A stretch of 64,000 bases of DNA from Byssovorax sp. (GTDB lineage: Bacteria > Myxococcota_A > Polyangia > Polyangiales > Polyangiaceae): positions 66,118 through 130,117 of the forward strand of contig JANYGI010000026.1 of assembly GCA_025362495.1 (NCBI GenBank), read 5' to 3'. Below are positions 58,198-64,000 of this stretch, one piece after another (the first letter of the stretch is position 1; the number at the start of each line of letters is the position of its first letter). The notes beneath the pieces were generated by a model. The model was not told where the DNA came from. It made no database searches and worked only from the letters and a program-made list of their open reading frames with translations. Both the position numbers and the translations under genes were made by a program.

Positions 58198-59919
58198 ATG
58201 CTCCGCCTTCGTACCGTCCGCGCCAAGCTGACCGCGCTCGTCGCGCTGTCCATCGTCGCGATGCTCGCGACGCTGCCGCTGCTCTCGTGGATGCTGCGCG
58301 AGCAGCTCGTGGACGAGGTGGACGATCGCGTCGCCGACGCCGAGAAATCGTTCCAGGAAGAGCTCGACGACGATCTCTCGGATCTACTGCTGGCAGCGAG
58401 GGTGATCGCCGCCGACACCGACACCGAGCGGGCGCTCCAGGCCCATGACGGCGCGAAGGCGCGCGAGCTCGCCGCGATGTTCGTGGGGATCTACCCGGAG
58501 ATTGACGTCCTCGTCGTCGAGCCGGACGGGCGCGTGCTCGCGCAGGTCGGGTGCTCGTCGGCGCTCGCGAACGTCGGCGGCGCGCGCGAGATTGCCGGCG
58601 TGCTGGCCGCGAAGCGCGAGGTCCGCGGGATGATGGCTCACGGCTGCGAGACGGGGGCGAACGCGCCCCCCGCGTACGTGATCGCCGCGCCGATCCCGAG
58701 CGGCGGCGCCGTCGTCGTGTGCTTGCCGCTCAACGCCGCGCACCTCGCCAACGCGGGCAAGAAGCTCGGGCTCGAGCTGGCGTTGCTCGGCGTTTCGCCT
58801 GCAAATACGGTGATCGAGCGCACGCCGGGGTTCCCGGCGATCGCGCTCGCGACCGTCGTGCAGGAGCCGGTGCTCGTCGAGGCGGGGAGCTCGGCGTGGG
58901 CCGCGGCTCGCTTCGCGCCGCCCCAGCTCGCGTTCGCACAGGGGGGCCGCCTCTCGCTCGTGGCGGCGCTCGACGTGACCGACATCCGCAGCCTCGTGCG
59001 TCGGCACCTGCTCCTCGCCCTCGGCGTGCTGGCCGTCGCCGCGGCGATCTCGCTCGGCTTCGGGACGCGGCTCGCGCGGGTGATGTCGGTCGCTCTCACG
59101 CGGGTCAACGTCGCGCTGAAGCGCCTCGAACAGCAGGACTACGTGCACATCGACGCGCTGCGCACCGGCGACGAGCTCGAGGATCTCGCGACGGGATTCA
59201 ACACCATGGTCGACGGGCTCAAGGACCGCGACAACCTTCGCGCCACCTTCGGCAAGTACATGACGGCGACGGTGATGGATCACCTGCTCGCGGGGAAGGT
59301 CGAGCTCGGCGGCAAGACGCTCACCGTCACCATCCTGTTCACCGACATCCGCGGCTTCACCGGCATCAGCGAGAACATGGACGCGCACTCGCTCGTGGCC
59401 CTCTTGAACGAGTATTTCACCGCGATGGTGGGCATCGTGATGGAAGAGAACGGCGTCGTGGACAAGTACATCGGCGACGCGATCATGGCGGTGTTCGGCG
59501 CGCCGGTGCCGAAGCCCGACGACGCGGTCAACGCGGTGCGCGCCGCGGTGCGGATGCGACGCGCCCTGGTGACGCTCAACGCGCGGCTCGTCGCGCGCGG
59601 CCAGCCGCCGCTGCGGACCGGGATCGGGATCCACACCGGCGAGGTCGTCGCGGGCAACATCGGGAGCGAAGCGCGCATGGAGTACACCGTGATCGGCGAC
59701 GCGGTGAACCTGGCCTCGCGGCTCGAGAGCAACACCAAGGAGCTCGGCGTCAACGTGCTGATCAGCGAGGACACGTACGAGGCCGTGAAGGCCCACGTAG
59801 TCGCCAAGGCGATCCGCGAGATCACCGTGAAGGGGCGCGCCCAGCCGGTGATGACGTACGAGGTGCTGGGCCTCGTCGGCGAGCCCGCGCTGGCGAAGGA
59901 CGCGGACGCCGGGCCCTGA
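58198..59919 (+). CDS. Membrane-bound class III adenylate/guanylate cyclase with periplasmic sensor and HAMP domain
   Basis: TM1, a roughly 230-aa extracytoplasmic region, TM2, HAMP (LEDLATGFNTMVDGLKDRD), and cyclase motifs FTDIRGFT, DKYIGDAIMAVFG and IHTGEVVAGNIGS. Confidence 0.85.
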   Translation: MLRLRTVRAKLTALVALSIVAMLATLPLLSWMLREQLVDEVDDRVADAEKSFQEELDDDLSDLLLAARVIAADTDTERALQAHDGAKARELAAMFVGIYPEIDVLVVEPDGRVLAQVGCSSALANVGGAREIAGVLAAKREVRGMMAHGCETGANAPPAYVIAAPIPSGGAVVVCLPLNAAHLANAGKKLGLELALLGVSPANTVIERTPGFPAIALATVVQEPVLVEAGSSAWAAARFAPPQLAFAQGGRLSLVAALDVTDIRSLVRRHLLLALGVLAVAAAISLGFGTRLARVMSVALTRVNVALKRLEQQDYVHIDALRTGDELEDLATGFNTMVDGLKDRDNLRATFGKYMTATVMDHLLAGKVELGGKTLTVTILFTDIRGFTGISENMDAHSLVALLNEYFTAMVGIVMEENGVVDKYIGDAIMAVFGAPVPKPDDAVNAVRAAVRMRRALVTLNARLVARGQPPLRTGIGIHTGEVVAGNIGSEARMEYTVIGDAVNLASRLESNTKELGVNVLISEDTYEAVKAHVVAKAIREITVKGRAQPVMTYEVLGLVGEPALAKDADAGP

Positions 59920-59922
59920 TCG

Positions 59923-60582
59923 CTACGGCCCGCCGAGCTGCGCGAGGGCGCGCGCCACGGCGCGAAACAGCCGCAAGAGCGGGTGATCATCGTCGTCGCT
60001 CGCGCCCTCGTTGAGCGCGCGGCGATGCCACTCGAGGGGGACGTCGAAGACCAGCGTCGTCCCGTCGTCGCTGCGGACGACGGCGCCGGCCTCGTCGAGC
60101 AGGCGGCGGATCGGCGCGTTGGTGGCGAGCACCTCGGCGCGGATCGTCCGCACGCCGCGCTCGTAGGCGGCCTCGGCGACGGTGCGCACGAGGAGGCGCC
60201 CGATCCCCTTGTGCTGAGCGTCGTCGCTCACCGTGACGGCGGCCTCGGCCACGGTGGGATCGCCCTCGAGTCGGATCACCCGCGCGACGCCGAGGCCGAT
60301 CTCGGTCTTGAGATCGAGCGAGTCGGTGGTGGCGACGATGGCCACGTGGTTGACGCCGTCGACGTCGGTCAGGTAGCGGACCATGTCGTCGGAGAGCTCG
60401 GTCATCCCCGAGAGAAAGCGGCGATAGCGCGAGGTGGGCGAGAGGCGGCTGAAGCCCTCGCGGAGCGGCTCGCCGTCATCCGGCCGGATCGATCGCAGCG
60501 TGACCTTCGTGCCGCCCTCGAGCACGTGCTCCTCGCGGTAGTCCGCGTCGATGCGGTACTCGGGCGCTGGCCCGGCGCTCAT
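59923..60582 (-). CDS. GNAT-family N-acetyltransferase
   Basis: Acetyl-CoA motif HKGIGRLLVRTV plus an acidic C-terminal tail. Confidence 0.75.
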   Translation of the reverse strand: MSAGPAPEYRIDADYREEHVLEGGTKVTLRSIRPDDGEPLREGFSRLSPTSRYRRFLSGMTELSDDMVRYLTDVDGVNHVAIVATTDSLDLKTEIGLGVARVIRLEGDPTVAEAAVTVSDDAQHKGIGRLLVRTVAEAAYERGVRTIRAEVLATNAPIRRLLDEAGAVVRSDDGTTLVFDVPLEWHRRALNEGASDDDDHPLLRLFRAVARALAQLGGP

Positions 60583-60749
60583 CGGCCTTGCCAGTCGTGG
60601 CCGAAGATCCGGTGACGCCGGCCAGGCCGCGGCCAGGCATCGAGGGGTATCGCCGCGTCGGGAGGCGGGTGTTGCCGGGTCATTTTCTGGGCCTTCCGGG
60701 TGCGTGTCGGGGTGCGATGGTAGCGGAGCCTCGTGCTAGAGTCGCGCCC

Positions 60750-62051
60750 ATGCGACTTGCGATGGTGGGTACGGGTTACGTCGGCCTGGTGGCCGGTGCC
60801 GGGTTCGCGGACTTTGGCAACGACGTGGTCTGCGCGGACGTCAACGCCGAGAAGATCGCCTGTCTCGATCGCGGCGAAGTCCCAATCTACGAGCCCGGCC
60901 TCGACGCCCTGATCGCCTCGAACGTGAAGGCGGGCCGCCTCCGCTTCTCGACCGACGTGGTGAAGGCGATCCGCGACGCCGAGGTGGTGTTCATCGCCGT
61001 CGGTACGCCCTCCGCCGAGGACGGCTCGGCCGACCTCTCGCACGTGTTCAAGGTCGCCGAGACCATCGGCAAAAACCTCGAAGGCTTCAAGGTCATCGTC
61101 ACGAAGAGCACCGTGCCCGTCGGCACCGCCGACAAGATCAAAGCGATCATCGCCAAGCACACCAAGCACGATTTCGCGGTGGCCTCGAACCCCGAGTTCC
61201 TCAAGGAAGGCGCCGCGATCAACGATTTCATGAAGCCGGATCGGGTGGTCATCGGCTCCGATCACCCGAAGGCGCGCGAGGCGCTGCGGCATCTGTACTC
61301 GGCGTTCGTGCGCGCGACGGACCGCATCCACGTGATGGACGCGCGCTCGGCCGAGCTGACGAAGTACGCGTCGAACGCCCTCCTGGCGACGCGCATCTCC
61401 TTCATGAACGACCTCGCGGTGCTGGCCGAAAAACTGGGCGCCGACATCGAGCTGGTGCGCAAGGGCGTCGGCGCCGATCCGCGCATCGGGCCGAAATTCC
61501 TCTTCCCCGGGCCGGGATTCGGCGGATCGTGCTTCCCGAAGGACATCTCGGCGCTGCTCTTCGCGGGGCGCGAGGTCGGCATCGAGCTCGAGATGGTGCG
61601 CGCCACCGAGGTCGTGAACGCGCGCCAGAAGAAGATCCTCGGCCGCAAGATCGTCGAGCACTTCGGCGGCTCGCTCGCGGGCAAGACGATCGCCGTGTGG
61701 GGACTGGCGTTCAAGCCGCAGACCGACGACATCCGCGAGGCCCCGGCGCTGACGCTGATCGACGATCTGCTCGCCGCGGGCGCGAAGGTGCAGGCCCACG
61801 ATCCGCAGGCGATGGACAACGTGAAGGCCATCTACGGCGACCGCGTTCACTTCGCGGAGGGGATGTACGGCGCGGTCGAGGGCGCCGACGCGCTGGCCCT
61901 CGTCACCGAGTGGCACGAGTTCCGGACGCCCGATTTCCAGCGGATGAAGCTCGCGATGCGCACGCGATCGCTCTTCGACGGCCGCAACATGTGGGCCCCG
62001 GACGAGCTGCGGGAGATGGGCTTTTACTACACCGGCATCGGCCGGCAGTAG
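60750..62051 (+). CDS. ugd: UDP-glucose 6-dehydrogenase
   Basis: NAD motif MVGTGYVGLV, catalytic Cys in GFGGSCFPKD and WGLAFKPQTDD. Start verified at 60750. Confidence 0.9.
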   Translation: MRLAMVGTGYVGLVAGAGFADFGNDVVCADVNAEKIACLDRGEVPIYEPGLDALIASNVKAGRLRFSTDVVKAIRDAEVVFIAVGTPSAEDGSADLSHVFKVAETIGKNLEGFKVIVTKSTVPVGTADKIKAIIAKHTKHDFAVASNPEFLKEGAAINDFMKPDRVVIGSDHPKAREALRHLYSAFVRATDRIHVMDARSAELTKYASNALLATRISFMNDLAVLAEKLGADIELVRKGVGADPRIGPKFLFPGPGFGGSCFPKDISALLFAGREVGIELEMVRATEVVNARQKKILGRKIVEHFGGSLAGKTIAVWGLAFKPQTDDIREAPALTLIDDLLAAGAKVQAHDPQAMDNVKAIYGDRVHFAEGMYGAVEGADALALVTEWHEFRTPDFQRMKLAMRTRSLFDGRNMWAPDELREMGFYYTGIGRQ

Positions 62052-62069
62052 CCGTCGAGCAGGCGCCGA

Positions 62070-63017
62070 TCACCCCGGCGCCGCGCGCGCCCACGCCGAG
62101 AGGGCCCGCGATCGGCCCGCGAAGCCGGGGCTCTCGCCCTCGTGGCGCGCGAGCTCGCGCAGGGTCGCCTCGCGCTCGCGCGCCCAGGCCGCGAGCCGCG
62201 TCGCGCCGAGCGCCAGCGCCCGCCGTCGCGCCGCCGCGTAGCGCCGCGCCGAGGCGTCGAGCAGCCTCGCCAGCACACCCGATCGCAGCACGGCGCCGCG
62301 CACCGAGATCCCGTTCTCGTCGCGCGACAGGCTCGCGGCTCCGCCCGCGAGCGCCACCGCCCACGCGCCGCCGCGGGCGAAATCGGCTTCCCAATCGACC
62401 ACGTCGTCGTGGAGCTGCAAGCCCATCCACACGGCGTCGAGCAGCCGCGCGAGGATCCGCCGGCGGCGCGGCTCCCACCCCGCCGCGCGCGCCAGCGCCA
62501 GCGACGCGGGGAGGCCGAGGCGCTGCTTCGCGAGCGACACCGCGACGTAACGATCGAGCCCGATCCCCGCGCCCGACAGCACGATCCGCCGCTCGTCGGC
62601 GACGGCTTCGCGGGTCTCGGCGTCGGCGTCGACGCAGGCGCTCGCGTCCTCTGCGGCCACGCGTCCGAGCGCTCCATCGCGCGCCAGCCGCGCCTGATCG
62701 AGCACGGCGTCGAGCTCCGCCGAGGCCACGATCTGGCCGCCCGCCGTGCGGTCGATCGCGAACGCCAGGATCACCGCGAGCAGGTGCGCGAGCACCGCGT
62801 CGTGGATCACCGCACCGCCGAGCCCCGGCGTCGCGTCGGCGACCAGCAGCGGCGCGCTCAGCGTGACGGCGTCGCGGAACACCGCGCTCCACGGTGTCTC
62901 GGGCGCGTCCGCGAGCCCGAGCGCGCACGCGAGCCGGCGCGCTTGCGGCTGCAACGAGGCCGGGAGCGAGCCCACGAAGGCCTCGTAAAGCGCGTCGACG
63001 AGCGCCGTCCGGCTCAA
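62070..63017 (-). CDS. Hypothetical alpha-helical protein with an aspartate-rich LHDDVVD motif
   Basis: Ala/Leu-rich. The single motif LQLHDDVVDWEADFARGG resembles a prenyl-synthase FARM, but its position is atypical. Confidence 0.4.
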   Translation of the reverse strand: MSRTALVDALYEAFVGSLPASLQPQARRLACALGLADAPETPWSAVFRDAVTLSAPLLVADATPGLGGAVIHDAVLAHLLAVILAFAIDRTAGGQIVASAELDAVLDQARLARDGALGRVAAEDASACVDADAETREAVADERRIVLSGAGIGLDRYVAVSLAKQRLGLPASLALARAAGWEPRRRRILARLLDAVWMGLQLHDDVVDWEADFARGGAWAVALAGGAASLSRDENGISVRGAVLRSGVLARLLDASARRYAAARRRALALGATRLAAWAREREATLRELARHEGESPGFAGRSRALSAWARAAPG

Positions 63018-63072
63018 CCGTCGCTCGCCTTCGTCGCTCGCATCATGCAGCCAACCCGGACCACCAGGCTCC

Positions 63073-63996
63073 CTACGGATGAATGAACACCACGGTTCCC
63101 GTGAGCGATCGAGCGACGCCGTGCCAGCCCGGAGGCACCTGCGGCTCGCTCCACCAGAACAGCCGCCGAGCGTCCTCCGGGGCGAGGTTCACGCACCCGT
63201 GGCTCTTCGGTTGACCGAAGACATCGTGCCAGTACGAGCCGTGGAGCGCGAAGCCGTTCTCGAAATATTGCACGTAAGGCACGTCGCGGAGCTCGAACTC
63301 TTCACCGACCGTGTCCGAGTCCATCGTGATCGAGATGTACTTGGTGTGGATGCGGAAGATCCCTCGCTTGGTGCTCTTGCTCGTCTCGGGATCGCCGAGC
63401 CCAGCCTCGCCGCTGGAGACCAGCGTCGCGTACACGGCCTTCGTCCCCTCGTACGCCACCAGCACCTGCTTGGTGATGTTGACGTCGATCCATTTTTCGC
63501 CGTTCTTCCCCCACGCGGGCATCTTCTTGGCGGGGTCGACGCGGCCGGCGCTGTGATCGTCGATCCAGTCGCCCTCCTTCGTCTCGTAGAAGAGCTTGCC
63601 GCCCTCCATCCGCTGCTTGCCGGTGAGGTTCACCGCGCTCCGCCAGGCCAGATCGCCGGCGACGACCAGCCGCTTCCCGTCGACGTGGTAGCGCTTCGCG
63701 CCCTTCTTGCGCACCAGGGCGAAGGGGAACTCGACGTCCTCGCCGATGGTGAACCCGTGGAAATCCGAGCCCCTGATCGGTCGCATCCGATCGGCCGGGA
63801 TCACCCGCAGATCGGTCGAGACGTTGTAGCGGCGCCCCTCCCACAGGAACGAGTCGACGAAGGCCACGCCGTTGTGGTGGGCCACCTCGTCGATCTTCAT
63901 CGCGCTCTCGGTCTTGATCAGGCCCGAGAGGTTCGGCGCGGCGCCGCCGTTGACGAGGTACCACGGGAGATCTTTGTCGGTGACTTTGTTCTCCAT
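63073..63996 (-). CDS. L,D-transpeptidase (YkuD domain), possibly 5'-truncated by the window edge
   Basis: Catalytic motif HGSYWHD...KSHGCVNL. No signal peptide at the apparent start, so the true start may lie beyond position 64000. Confidence 0.75.
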   Translation of the reverse strand: MENKVTDKDLPWYLVNGGAAPNLSGLIKTESAMKIDEVAHHNGVAFVDSFLWEGRRYNVSTDLRVIPADRMRPIRGSDFHGFTIGEDVEFPFALVRKKGAKRYHVDGKRLVVAGDLAWRSAVNLTGKQRMEGGKLFYETKEGDWIDDHSAGRVDPAKKMPAWGKNGEKWIDVNITKQVLVAYEGTKAVYATLVSSGEAGLGDPETSKSTKRGIFRIHTKYISITMDSDTVGEEFELRDVPYVQYFENGFALHGSYWHDVFGQPKSHGCVNLAPEDARRLFWWSEPQVPPGWHGVARSLTGTVVFIHP

Positions 63997-64000
63997 GGCC

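Noticed and set aside
62070-63017. Annotating this protein as a polyprenyl synthase
   Set aside because: There is only one Asp-rich motif, at an atypical position. The evidence is too thin for an enzyme call.

Overview
This is a roughly 70% GC chromosomal segment. The gene content points to Myxococcota: a MYXO-CTERM sorting tail, a TIGR02232-type cysteine-rich repeat protein, PEGA plus Ser/Thr-kinase gene pairs, thrombospondin type-3 repeat outer-membrane proteins, and a GroEL with a GGM-repeat tail. Nothing here could be searched against databases, so every protein call rests on motifs I can read in the six-frame translations. Many long ORFs in the track are Arg/Ala-rich alternative-frame or antisense artefacts of the high GC content and were discarded. 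I support about 50 protein genes, two tRNAs (Gln-CTG, Glu-CTC), a CIRCE-like operator upstream of groES, several hairpin terminators, three in-frame tandem repeats and one truncated IS21-like transposase fragment. Housekeeping genes: groES-groEL, transketolase, prephenate dehydratase, Xaa-Pro aminopeptidase, UDP-glucose 6-dehydrogenase, a DEAD-box helicase, an ABC-F ATPase, an aldehyde dehydrogenase, a MATE pump, an MFS pump and an ABC exporter. Signalling genes are dense: a class II cNMP phosphodiesterase next to a CRP-family regulator, an EAL protein, a HAMP adenylate cyclase, a Ser/Thr kinase and a PP2C phosphatase. Four things look most worth follow-up. (1) A head-to-tail array of three paralogous lipoprotein serpins whose reactive-centre loops have diverged, downstream of a MutS domain-V ATPase. 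(2) A cysteine-rich MYXO-CTERM lipoprotein with perfect 51-bp tandem repeats, overlapping by 8 nt a beta-barrel/TSP3 outer-membrane protein and convergent on a membrane protein-STK-PEGA-lipoprotein operon. (3) A divergent Hsp90/HtpG paralogue separated by 4 nt from an unrecognisable 763-aa helical protein. (4) A 146-bp nested inverted-repeat element in a convergent intergenic gap.
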